From an uncultured Gemmatimonadales bacterium (lineage in GTDB: Bacteria > Gemmatimonadota > Gemmatimonadetes > Gemmatimonadales > GWC2-71-9): a DNA stretch of 64,000 nt. How positions within the stretch are numbered: position 1 is the stretch's first letter; every line of letters begins with the position of its first letter. The position numbers were made by a program, and so were the translations under genes. Below, piece by piece: positions 9,513 through 18,225 of this stretch. The stretch lies in assembly GCA_963730185.1 (NCBI GenBank), contig CAVSQW010000006.1:288001-352000 (forward strand), read 5' to 3'. Below the pieces are notes generated by a model that was not told the origin of the DNA, ran no database searches, and saw only the letters and a list, made by a program, of their open reading frames with translations.

Positions 9513-11309
9513 ATGCGACGCTTCTCTGTCCTGGCGGGCCTTCTCCTCCTGAGCGTGTCGCTTCCCGCGCCGCAACTCCGGGCCCAGACGGCGAACGATC
9601 AGGAGCCCGACGTCGACCTCACCTGGGGCGTCAAGATTCCGCTCCGGGACGGGGTGCGCTTGAACGCCACCCTCTACCGGCCGGCCGGCCAGAGCGGTCC
9701 GCTGCCGGTGGTGTTCACGCTCACGCCCTACATCTCGGACAGCTACCACCCCCGGGCGATGTACTTCGCCCGCCACGGCTACGTGTTCGCCCTGGTGGAC
9801 GTCCGGGGGCGGGGCAACTCCGAGGGTGAGTTCGAGCCGATGGCCAACGAGGGACGCGACGGCCATGACGTGGTGGAGTGGCTGGCCCAGCAACCCTGGT
9901 CCGATGGCAAGGTCACGATGTGGGGCGGCTCGTACGCCGGGTACGACCAGTGGTCGACCCTGAAGGAGTTCCCGCCCCACCTGGCGACCATCGTCCCGGC
10001 GGCGGCGGCCCACCCGGCGATCGACTTCCCCTTTCAGGGAGGCATCTACTCGACCTACATCGTGCAGTGGATGACGTTCACCAGCGGAGTGACCGGGAAC
10101 GGCAACCTGTTCGGCGACGGGTCGTTCTGGCGGGCCAAGTACACCAAGCTCTTCCAAGGGGAGCAGTCCTATCGCACCCTGGATCGGCTGGTCGGCAACC
10201 CGCTCAAGTACTTCCAGAAGTGGGTGGACCATCCGACCCCCGACGCCTACTGGGACGCGATGGCGCCCGACTCGGCCGACTACGCCCGGATCGCGGTGCC
10301 GATCCTGACCATCACCGGCGATTACGACGGCGACCAAGCCGGCGCGATGGAGTACTATCGGCGCCACATGCGCTGGGGCAACCCCGCCGCCAAGGCGACC
10401 CATTACCTGATCGTCGGCCCATGGGACCACGCCGGCACCCGGACGCCCCTCCCCGACGTGGGCGGCCTCCACTTCGGACCGGCCAGCGTCCTGGACCTGA
10501 ACGACCTGCACCGGCAGTGGTACGACTGGACCATGAAGAGCGGGGCCAAACCCGAGTTCCTCGAGGATCGGGTGGCTTACTATGTGGTCGGACCGGGAGC
10601 CGAGCGGTGGAGGTACGCCCCGGACCTCGAGTCGGTGACCGCCTCGCGCCGGACCTTGTATCTCGGCTCGAGCGGGTCGGCGGGGAGCGTCTTCGGCTCG
10701 GGGCGGCTGAGCGACCAGACGCCGACCGCGAGCGCGGCGCAGGCCGCGGACCGATACACCTACGACCCGCTCGACCTCCGGCCCGCCGCGCTGGAGCAAC
10801 ATCCAGCCTCGGCCTATCTGATGGACCAGACGGCGGCGCTCAACCTGTTCGGCAATGGGCTGGTCTACCACACCGAGCCCTTCCCCGAAGCCACCGAGGT
10901 CAGCGGGTACGTGAAGCTGGTGGCCTGGATGTCGCTCGACGTGCCCGACACCGACTTCCAGGTCTCCCTCTACGAGATCCTGCCCGACGGGTCGAGCGTC
11001 CTGCTCACCTCGGACGGGCTTCGGGCGCGGTACCGCGAGTCGCCCCGGGTCGAGCACCTGATCAAGCCCGGCGCGATTCTGCCCTACACGTTCGACGGCT
11101 TCGCCTTCTTCTCGCGGCGGGTCCAGAAAGGGAGCCGGCTCCGGCTCCTGATCAGCTCGCCCAACTCCATCCAATTGGAGAAGAACTTCAACTCCGGCGG
11201 GGTGGTAGCCGAGGAGACCCGGCGAGACGCCCGCACCGCGCACGTGGTGCTGTACCACGACCCCGCCCATCCGAGCCACCTCGAGCTTCCCATCGGACGG
11301 CAGCCATGA
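9513..11309 (+). CDS. CocE/NonD family hydrolase (peptidase S15-like), secreted
   Basis: Start MRRFSVL with signal peptide; TPY, DVRGRGNSEG, nucleophile WGGSYAG, GPWDH. Confidence 0.88.
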   Translation: MRRFSVLAGLLLLSVSLPAPQLRAQTANDQEPDVDLTWGVKIPLRDGVRLNATLYRPAGQSGPLPVVFTLTPYISDSYHPRAMYFARHGYVFALVDVRGRGNSEGEFEPMANEGRDGHDVVEWLAQQPWSDGKVTMWGGSYAGYDQWSTLKEFPPHLATIVPAAAAHPAIDFPFQGGIYSTYIVQWMTFTSGVTGNGNLFGDGSFWRAKYTKLFQGEQSYRTLDRLVGNPLKYFQKWVDHPTPDAYWDAMAPDSADYARIAVPILTITGDYDGDQAGAMEYYRRHMRWGNPAAKATHYLIVGPWDHAGTRTPLPDVGGLHFGPASVLDLNDLHRQWYDWTMKSGAKPEFLEDRVAYYVVGPGAERWRYAPDLESVTASRRTLYLGSSGSAGSVFGSGRLSDQTPTASAAQAADRYTYDPLDLRPAALEQHPASAYLMDQTAALNLFGNGLVYHTEPFPEATEVSGYVKLVAWMSLDVPDTDFQVSLYEILPDGSSVLLTSDGLRARYRESPRVEHLIKPGAILPYTFDGFAFFSRRVQKGSRLRLLISSPNSIQLEKNFNSGGVVAEETRRDARTAHVVLYHDPAHPSHLELPIGRQP

Positions 11310-13225
11310 CCTGCTCCGCATTTCGACTCGGCGGGCTCGGCCCCGCCACGCTGCTCGCCGGCCTGCTGCTCGGCTCGGCTCTGGCCCCGACCGGCCTTCA
11401 GGCGCAGGAACCTGCCCGCGGTCTCCGAGGCTCGGCCGAGCTCGAGGCGTTTCTCGACGGGGTCATGACGGTCGACCTTCGCGACAAGCACATCGCCGGC
11501 GCGATGGTCGCCGTGGTCAAGGACGGCGCGCTGGTGCTGGCCAAGGGCTACGGGTACGCCGACCTGGCCCGGCGGATCCCGGTCGACCCCGAGCGGACCC
11601 TGTTCCGCCCCGGGTCCGTCAGCAAGCTCTTCACCTGGACCGCGGTGATGCAGCTGGTCGAGCAGGGGAAGCTCGACCTCACCACCGACGTGAACCAGTA
11701 CCTGGACTTCAAGCTCCCGGCGACCTATCCGGAGCCGATCACCCTCAAGGACCTGATGACCCACTCGGCCGGATTCGAGGAGGATCCCCGGGGCCTCATC
11801 AGCGACGACTCGACCAGCATCGAGCCCATGGGCCAGTGGCTCCAGGCCCATCGACCGGCGCGGGTCCGGCCGCCGGGGCAGTACTCCTCCTACTCGAACT
11901 ACGGCACCGCGCTGGCCGGATATATCGTCCAGCGGGTCTCGGGCGAGTCCTTCGCGGACTACGTCCAGCATCACATCCTCGACCCGCTCGGCATGGCGCA
12001 CACCACGGCCCATCAGCCGCTCCCGGCCACCCTGGCGCCGGACATGTCGGTGGGCTACGAGTGGCGGAACGGGGCGTTCGTGCCGCACGGCTTCGAGTAC
12101 CTGCCGGGCGCGGCGCCGGCGGGCGTGATCAGCACCACCGCGGCCGACATGGCGAAGTTCATGATTGCCCATCTCCAGAACGGCCGGCTCGGCGACGCCC
12201 GGATCCTGGCGGACAGCACCGCAGAACGGATGCACACCCGCGCCTTCGGCGGCGACCGCCGGGTCAACGGCTTCGCGCTCGGCTTCTACGAGAAGTCGAG
12301 CCACGGGCTCCGGATCATCGGGCACGGCGGCGACTCGCAGTGGTTCCACACCGACCTCGCCTTGATCCCGAGCGAGCATCTCGGCGTGTACCTGTCGTTC
12401 AACACCAACACCGGCGGCCAGCTGACCTTCCGGCCGTTCCTGGAGGAGTTCCTCGACCATTACTACCCGGAGACCCTGCCGGCGATCACCGCCCCGGCCG
12501 GCTTCCTCGCAACGGCCGATCGCTTCACCGGCCTCTATCGCAGCAATCGGCGAGCCTACACCACCTACCTCAAAGCCCTGGGCCTGGCGGGCGCCACGAG
12601 TGTTTCGGTGGGCGACGACAGCACCCTGGTGATGGGCGGCTCCGACGACCCGCTTCGGCTGGTGCCGATCGACTCCCTGCTCTTCCGGGAAAAGAACGGC
12701 AATCAGCGAGTCGCCTTCTCGGTCGACGCGTCGGGCCGGATCACCCACGCGTTCATGGGGGGAGACCCGACCTCGGTGCTCGACAAGCAGGCCTGGTACG
12801 AGGGCACGAACCTCCATCTCTTCCTCTGGGCGTTCGCGACACTGGTCTCGATCGGGCTGGTCGGAGGAGGGATCCGGCGGTTGTTCCTCTCCCGGGCGCG
12901 AGGTGAGCCCGGCGTCCGAATGGCCGGGAAGTGGCTGATGGCGGCCGCCCTGGCGGAGCTGGCGTTCATGCTGGCGCTCGTCAAGGTGAGCGGCGACCTG
13001 ATCACCCTCCTCCTGAACGGCAACCAGACACCGATCCTGATCGCGCTGGCGTTTCCGGTGCTGCTCGCCCTCTTCCTGCTCGGCGCGCTGATCGTCGGGT
13101 TCCGCCAATGGAACGCCCCCCGGGTCTCGACCGGCGCCCGGCTCCGGTTCATGGGCACCGTCCTCGTGCTCCTGCTCTTTCTCTGGTCGCTCAATCAGTG
13201 GAACCTGCTCGGCTGGAAGGTTTAG
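11306..13225 (+). CDS. Serine hydrolase (S12 family) with C-terminal membrane helices, paralog 2
   Basis: ATGA overlap with the CocE gene; SVSK, YSN, GHGG; C-terminal TM helices. Confidence 0.87.
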   Translation: MTCSAFRLGGLGPATLLAGLLLGSALAPTGLQAQEPARGLRGSAELEAFLDGVMTVDLRDKHIAGAMVAVVKDGALVLAKGYGYADLARRIPVDPERTLFRPGSVSKLFTWTAVMQLVEQGKLDLTTDVNQYLDFKLPATYPEPITLKDLMTHSAGFEEDPRGLISDDSTSIEPMGQWLQAHRPARVRPPGQYSSYSNYGTALAGYIVQRVSGESFADYVQHHILDPLGMAHTTAHQPLPATLAPDMSVGYEWRNGAFVPHGFEYLPGAAPAGVISTTAADMAKFMIAHLQNGRLGDARILADSTAERMHTRAFGGDRRVNGFALGFYEKSSHGLRIIGHGGDSQWFHTDLALIPSEHLGVYLSFNTNTGGQLTFRPFLEEFLDHYYPETLPAITAPAGFLATADRFTGLYRSNRRAYTTYLKALGLAGATSVSVGDDSTLVMGGSDDPLRLVPIDSLLFREKNGNQRVAFSVDASGRITHAFMGGDPTSVLDKQAWYEGTNLHLFLWAFATLVSIGLVGGGIRRLFLSRARGEPGVRMAGKWLMAAALAELAFMLALVKVSGDLITLLLNGNQTPILIALAFPVLLALFLLGALIVGFRQWNAPRVSTGARLRFMGTVLVLLLFLWSLNQWNLLGWKV

Positions 13226-13247
13226 CCTCGAACCCCGGGAGATCTCC

Positions 13248-13589
13248 ATGACCGCCGACGACCTCCGCGCCATGTTTCGGGCGATCGACGCCTGCGACTG
13301 GGACACGCTGGACCGCTACCTCCACCCCGACCTGGAGTACCTTCGGCCGGGGTTGGACCCGCTGAAGGGCGCCGCGGCGTTCAGCAAGTTCTACCGTGAG
13401 GTTCGGAGTCTCCGCGGTGAGCACCGCTTCGACGCGGTGATCGTCGACGGCGACCAGGGCGCCTGTTGGGGCCGCTTCGTCGGCAAGAACGCCAACGGTC
13501 CGGTCGACGTGGAGTTCGCCGACTGCTACGGCTTCCGCGACGGGAAGCTCTGGCGCCGGAAGTCGTTCTTCTACGTGCCCGTGGTCTGA
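13248..13589 (+). CDS. NTF2/SnoaL-like domain protein
   Basis: 113 aa, N-terminal helix then beta strands (FADCYGFRDGKL); RBS GGGAGA. Confidence 0.75.
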   Translation: MTADDLRAMFRAIDACDWDTLDRYLHPDLEYLRPGLDPLKGAAAFSKFYREVRSLRGEHRFDAVIVDGDQGACWGRFVGKNANGPVDVEFADCYGFRDGKLWRRKSFFYVPVV

Positions 13590-13604
13590 GCCCGAGGTTA
13601 GGCC

Positions 13605-15533
13605 ATGCGGGTCCGCCCCTCCACGGCAATGCTGGTCTCGGCGGCCGTCCTGGGCGGCGGTTCGCTCGGGCCGAGCGACCGAGCGGCGACCGTCGAGCCA
13701 CGACCGGCGTCATCCCTCGAGGACACCGTGGCGCTGGGCGCCTTCGTCGACGGGGTCATGGAGGCCCACCTCGACCGGCTCGACCTTCCGGCCGCCGCGG
13801 TGGTCGTCGTCAAGGGCACCCGGATCCTCTACACCAGGGGCTACGGCTATCAGGACCGGGAGGCCGGGACACCGATCGACCCGGCGACGAGCATGTTCCA
13901 CATCGGCTCGACCGGCAAGCTCTTCACCTGGACCGCCGTGATGCAGCTGGTCGAGCAAGGCAAGCTCGACCTCGACGCTGACGTCAACACCTACCTCCGC
14001 ACCTTCCAGATTCCGCCCACGTTCCCCGAACCCATCACCCTCCGGCACCTGATGACCCACACGGCCGGGTTTCAGGAGGGGATCCTGGGCTACTTCATCG
14101 GCAACGACACCACCGACATCCGCTCCATCGAGGAGACCGTGCGGGCCCACGTCCCGACCCGGGTTCGCCCGCCCGGCCGCCTGGCGTCGTACTCGAACTA
14201 CGGCGCCGCCCTCGCCGGGCTCATCGTCGAAGAGGTGAGCGGCGAGCCCTTCGCCGAGTACATCGAGCGGCACATCTACCGGCCGCTCGGGATCCACTAT
14301 GCGACCTTCCGCGAGCCGATCCCGGCGGCCCTTCGGCCTAGCGCGGTGGTCGGCTACCGGAAGGAAGACGGCGTCTACGTCAGGCAGCCGTTCGAGATCG
14401 ATGGCGGCCTCGTCCCCGCCGGCGGCACCGTGATGGCCACGCTCGAGATGGCGAAGTTCATGATCGCCCACCTCCACGACGGCCGATACGGCGACCGGCA
14501 GATCCTCGAGCCCGCGACGGCCGAGCTCATGCACCGGACCGCCTTCGCGCCCGACCCGCGCCTGCCAGGCGTCGCCCTCGGCTTCATCGAGTCGAGCTAC
14601 AACGGGCACCGGGTCATCGGACACGACGGTGACAGCCAGGACTTCCACGTCAGCATGCTGCTGCTTCCGGAGGACACCGTCGGGATCTTCCTGGCGTACG
14701 AGGGAGGCGGCGGGATCGAGGCCCGCGAAGGCATGGCCCGCGCCTTCTTCGATCGGTACTACCCGGCCCCGACGCCGGCGGCGGCGCCGATCGCGGTAGA
14801 CCAGGCGACGCTCGGGTCGTATGCCGGCCAGTACCGCATGATCCGGATGAACTACACCGACCTCGACAAGCTGATCTACTTCCTGGCCCTCGGCCCGGTG
14901 GAGGTATCGGCGCTTCGGAGCGGTCGACTGCTGGTGAGCGGACCGGTCGGCTCGCGCGACGGGCCCGCCCAGTACCTGCCCACCGGACCGGGGCTCTTCG
15001 AGGAGGTCGGAGGCCATCGGCGAATCGCGTTCCACGCCGACTCGGGTACCGGGGTGATGCGAGCCTACTTCGACCCCACCGTCGACACCGAGCCGGTGCC
15101 TTGGACCGAAGGCCGCTCCTTCTGGTTCCCGGCACTCGGCCTGGCACTCCTGATGTTCCTCTCCGTGCTGGTGGGCACCGCCTGTCGCCGCGGGGCGATT
15201 CGCGCCATGCCGCCGGGCGAGCGGCGGGCCCAGTGGCTTGCCGCCCTGACGGCGGGGTGGCTGATGCTCAGCCTGGTGGCCGCGCTGGCCGTGGTCGGCA
15301 GGTACCAGATGGCCATCCTGGAGCGGATCCCGGTGGCCCTCGACCTGGTCCTGGCAATGCCGCTCGGGTTCGTGGTGCTCACCGGGGCGCTCACGATCGC
15401 CGCATTCCGGGCGTGGAGGAGCGGCTACTGGACCTTCGGCCGCCGGGTTCACTTCACGGCAGTGGCCGTCGCTGCCCTGCTGTTCTGCTGGTTCTTCTCC
15501 CAATTCAACGTGCTGGGCTGGCAGTTCGGCTGA
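13605..15533 (+). CDS. Serine hydrolase (S12 family) with C-terminal membrane helices, paralog 3
   Basis: STGK, YSN, GHDG; C-terminal TM helices ending FNVLGWQF like its paralogs. Confidence 0.87.
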   Translation: MRVRPSTAMLVSAAVLGGGSLGPSDRAATVEPRPASSLEDTVALGAFVDGVMEAHLDRLDLPAAAVVVVKGTRILYTRGYGYQDREAGTPIDPATSMFHIGSTGKLFTWTAVMQLVEQGKLDLDADVNTYLRTFQIPPTFPEPITLRHLMTHTAGFQEGILGYFIGNDTTDIRSIEETVRAHVPTRVRPPGRLASYSNYGAALAGLIVEEVSGEPFAEYIERHIYRPLGIHYATFREPIPAALRPSAVVGYRKEDGVYVRQPFEIDGGLVPAGGTVMATLEMAKFMIAHLHDGRYGDRQILEPATAELMHRTAFAPDPRLPGVALGFIESSYNGHRVIGHDGDSQDFHVSMLLLPEDTVGIFLAYEGGGGIEAREGMARAFFDRYYPAPTPAAAPIAVDQATLGSYAGQYRMIRMNYTDLDKLIYFLALGPVEVSALRSGRLLVSGPVGSRDGPAQYLPTGPGLFEEVGGHRRIAFHADSGTGVMRAYFDPTVDTEPVPWTEGRSFWFPALGLALLMFLSVLVGTACRRGAIRAMPPGERRAQWLAALTAGWLMLSLVAALAVVGRYQMAILERIPVALDLVLAMPLGFVVLTGALTIAAFRAWRSGYWTFGRRVHFTAVAVAALLFCWFFSQFNVLGWQFG

Positions 15534-15539
15534 GGCGGT

Positions 15540-15770
15540 TCAGACGGACGGGAAGCGTCGAGCCTGGGAGGAACCATCGAGCACCGTGATGGCGCCCGTG
15601 GGACAGTTCTCGGCCGCGTCGAGGACGGCGGCGCGGTCGGCGGCGCCGGCGTCGACCGCCACCGCCTGACCGTCGGGCCCGATCGCGAACACCCCGGGGG
15701 CCAGCCGGAGGCAGGTGCACGACCCCACACAGAGATCCCGATCGACGACGATCCGGAGCCCTTCGGTCAC
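15540..15770 (-). CDS. Ferredoxin (single-cluster, P450-associated type)
   Basis: GTGA overlap with the P450 stop; DLCVGSCTC...AENCPTGAI. Confidence 0.85.
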   Translation of the reverse strand: MTEGLRIVVDRDLCVGSCTCLRLAPGVFAIGPDGQAVAVDAGAADRAAVLDAAENCPTGAITVLDGSSQARRFPSV

Positions 15771-16990
15771 GTCGTCCACCGGACCGGCAGGGCCTCGGCC
15801 GCCCGGTTCACGATGGTCGGCTGGTACTCGACCCGATCGGTGGCAAGCCGGAGCTCGGGCAAGAGCTCGGCCATGGCCAGGTAGGTCTCCTGGAGCTCGA
15901 GCCGAGCCAGGGGCGCGCCGAGACAGATGTGGATCCCGTTGCCGAAGGCCAGGTGCGGGTTGGGGCTCCGGCTCACGTCGAAGCGATCGGGCTCGGCGAA
16001 CTTGGCGGGGTCGCGGTTGGCGGCGGCCAGCACGAGCAGGGCGCGATCGCCGGCGCGGAGAGTCTTCCCGCCGAGGGTCACGTCGGCCCGAATCGAGCGG
16101 AAGGTCGCCTTCACGGTGCCGTCGTACCGAAGGATCTCGTCGGCGGCGGTCCGGATCAGCGAGGGGTTGGCGCGGAGTCGCTCCCATTCGCCGGGGTGAC
16201 GGAGCAGGGCCAGCAGTCCGTTCACCAGCGTGAACGTGGTGCTCTCGTGGCCGGCGAAGAGGAGCAACGTGCAGGTGGCCAGCACCTCCTCCTCGGACAG
16301 GAGGTCGCCCCGCTCCTCCGCCTGAATCAGCGCCGAGATCAGGTCGTCGCGGGGATGGGCCCGGCGCTCGCGCACCAGCGGCTCGAAGTACCGGACCAGC
16401 TGGTCCAGCCCCCGCTGCGAGCGGGCCCGCCGGTCGGGCTCGTTGGCCTTGATGAAGAAGATCCCCGAGATCTCCTCCGACCACGCCTTGATCATGGTCC
16501 GGTCCTCGACCGGCACGCCGAGATACTCCGAGATCACGATCACGGGAAGGTGCTGGGCGAAGGCGGTGACGAACTCCATGCTCCTCGCGGACCGGGTCTC
16601 GGTCAGCATCTCCCGGACGATGACGCGGGTCCGGGCCCGGAGCTTCTCCGCGCTGGCGGGGGTGAACGCCTTGTTCACCAGCATCCGGGCCCGGGTGTGG
16701 TACGGCGGGTCGGCGAACACGAACCACTTGGCCAGGTAGCGGATCAGCAAGGCGTAGCGGTCGCGGTCGGCGGGGGGCAGCTCGGCCGACAGCGACGCCA
16801 TCCGGTCCGACGAGAAGTGCTCGTGATCGCGGAAGGCCCGCAGCACGTCGTCGTACCGGGTGATCAGCCAGCCGCCCCAGCGTTCGTTCCAGTACACGGG
16901 GTCGGTCTCGCGGATCCGGCCGTAGTAGGTGTACGGATCGGCGATCACGTCGGGGGCGAGGAGATCGTCGTCGATCGTGGCGTGAGGCAT
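15767..16990 (-). CDS. Cytochrome P450
   Basis: I-helix AGHEST, EILR (ExxR), heme motif FGNGIHICLG; likely start MPHATID at 16990. Confidence 0.95.
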   Translation of the reverse strand: MPHATIDDDLLAPDVIADPYTYYGRIRETDPVYWNERWGGWLITRYDDVLRAFRDHEHFSSDRMASLSAELPPADRDRYALLIRYLAKWFVFADPPYHTRARMLVNKAFTPASAEKLRARTRVIVREMLTETRSARSMEFVTAFAQHLPVIVISEYLGVPVEDRTMIKAWSEEISGIFFIKANEPDRRARSQRGLDQLVRYFEPLVRERRAHPRDDLISALIQAEERGDLLSEEEVLATCTLLLFAGHESTTFTLVNGLLALLRHPGEWERLRANPSLIRTAADEILRYDGTVKATFRSIRADVTLGGKTLRAGDRALLVLAAANRDPAKFAEPDRFDVSRSPNPHLAFGNGIHICLGAPLARLELQETYLAMAELLPELRLATDRVEYQPTIVNRAAEALPVRWTT

Positions 16991-17006
16991 CGGTTCCCGA
17001 GAGGCT

Positions 17007-17023
17007 AACAAGCGTTAGTTTGC
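17007..17023. promoter_or_regulatory. Second copy of the TetR operator-like motif
   Basis: AACAAGCGTTAGTTTGC, 16/17 identical to 4095-4111, 16 bp upstream of the P450 start. Confidence 0.6.
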
Positions 17024-17064
17024 AACCTAAGACGCGGCCGAACCCCAGTCAAGCGGGCCGGCAC

Positions 17065-18219
17065 TCAGTGCGTCGCGGGGCCGACCTCGCCGAGGGGCAC
17101 GAAGGTCCCGTCGTCGATCCGCCCGTTCTCGACGTGGTAAATCACGAAGCCCGACGGGAAGACCATGCCGGCGGCCTGGTTGGGTCCGACGATCGCGGCG
17201 GTCTGGTAGAACCGGGTGGGCACCCCCGCGTAGCGGATCTGCTCCCGGACGTGCATGTGGCCGGCCATGGCCAGCGGGTACGGGTGCGGCGCTACCGCGG
17301 CCAGGATCTCGCCCGCGTTCCGGACGGTGTGCCGGAAGTTCAGTTTCCCATCCACCGTGATGGTGCTCGGCGCGGGGGGCCCGTCCATGAACCCGAAGAC
17401 CGTCTCGTAGGCCGTGAAGAACGGGATGTGATTGAAGGTCACGACCGGGGTCGTGGCCGGCACCTGGGCCAGGTCGCGGGCCAGCCAGGCAACCTGAACG
17501 CTGTCGACGTGACCGTAGTAGGCCGTGTCGGCGATGTCGACGCTGTTGAGGCCGACGAAGTGGATCCCGCCGTAGGTGAAGGAGTAGTAGTCCGGACCGC
17601 GGTAGTGGCGGTACATCGCCCGCCCGTAGAGCGGGTTGTCGGGCGAGACGTGCGACTTGCTCCGCTCGATGCCGAAGTTCTCGTGATTGCCCGGCACGGT
17701 CCAAAGCGGGACCGTGAACCGGGAAGCCTCATCCTGGAAGAGCTGGTAGTAGCCGGTCGCCTCGGCCTCTCCGACCCGGAGGGCGTCCTTGACCAGGTCG
17801 CCCGTGACGATGGCGAAGTCAGGCCGGATCGAGTCGACCATCGTTCGGAACCGCTCGGTGCGGGCCCGACTCGCCGGGCTGATGTGGGTGTCGGACGCGT
17901 GGACGAAGGTGAACTCCGCTGGGGCCGGCGCCCGGGCCAGGCCGAAGGCGGCCGGGCCGTCGGCCGTGGCTCGCCAGAACGCTCCGACCGACCGATAGCC
18001 GTCCGGCACGCTCACGAAGACCACCCCGTAGCCGCGGGAGTCGGCGATCCGGAAGGCGCCGTCGCGACCGGTCACCACCACGTCGACCTGATCCGAGACG
18101 ACCACCCCGGGGAGACCGGGCTCGCCGGCGTCCCGCCGGCCGTTGGCGTTCCGGTCGAGGTAAACGGTGCCCGACACGTCGGCGAGCGAGACCGCGGCGA
18201 GCAGGAGCAGGCTGACCAT
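17065..18219 (-). CDS. Secreted calcineurin-like metallophosphoesterase with N-terminal SdrD-like/MetallophosN domain
   Basis: SDTH, TGDL, PGNHE, NHIP, AGHMH motifs; signal peptide; YLDRNANGRRDAGEPG. Confidence 0.85.
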   Translation of the reverse strand: MVSLLLLAAVSLADVSGTVYLDRNANGRRDAGEPGLPGVVVSDQVDVVVTGRDGAFRIADSRGYGVVFVSVPDGYRSVGAFWRATADGPAAFGLARAPAPAEFTFVHASDTHISPASRARTERFRTMVDSIRPDFAIVTGDLVKDALRVGEAEATGYYQLFQDEASRFTVPLWTVPGNHENFGIERSKSHVSPDNPLYGRAMYRHYRGPDYYSFTYGGIHFVGLNSVDIADTAYYGHVDSVQVAWLARDLAQVPATTPVVTFNHIPFFTAYETVFGFMDGPPAPSTITVDGKLNFRHTVRNAGEILAAVAPHPYPLAMAGHMHVREQIRYAGVPTRFYQTAAIVGPNQAAGMVFPSGFVIYHVENGRIDDGTFVPLGEVGPATH

Positions 18220-18225
18220 GGCGAC

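Noticed and set aside
9878..13225. Apparent 1115-aa serine hydrolase
   Set aside because: The N-terminal part is an off-frame reading of the CocE gene; the real start with signal peptide is 11306
7495..17011. Possible natural-product cluster (P450, SnoaL, ClbP-like peptidases)
   Set aside because: No NRPS, PKS, terpene synthase or precursor peptide seen
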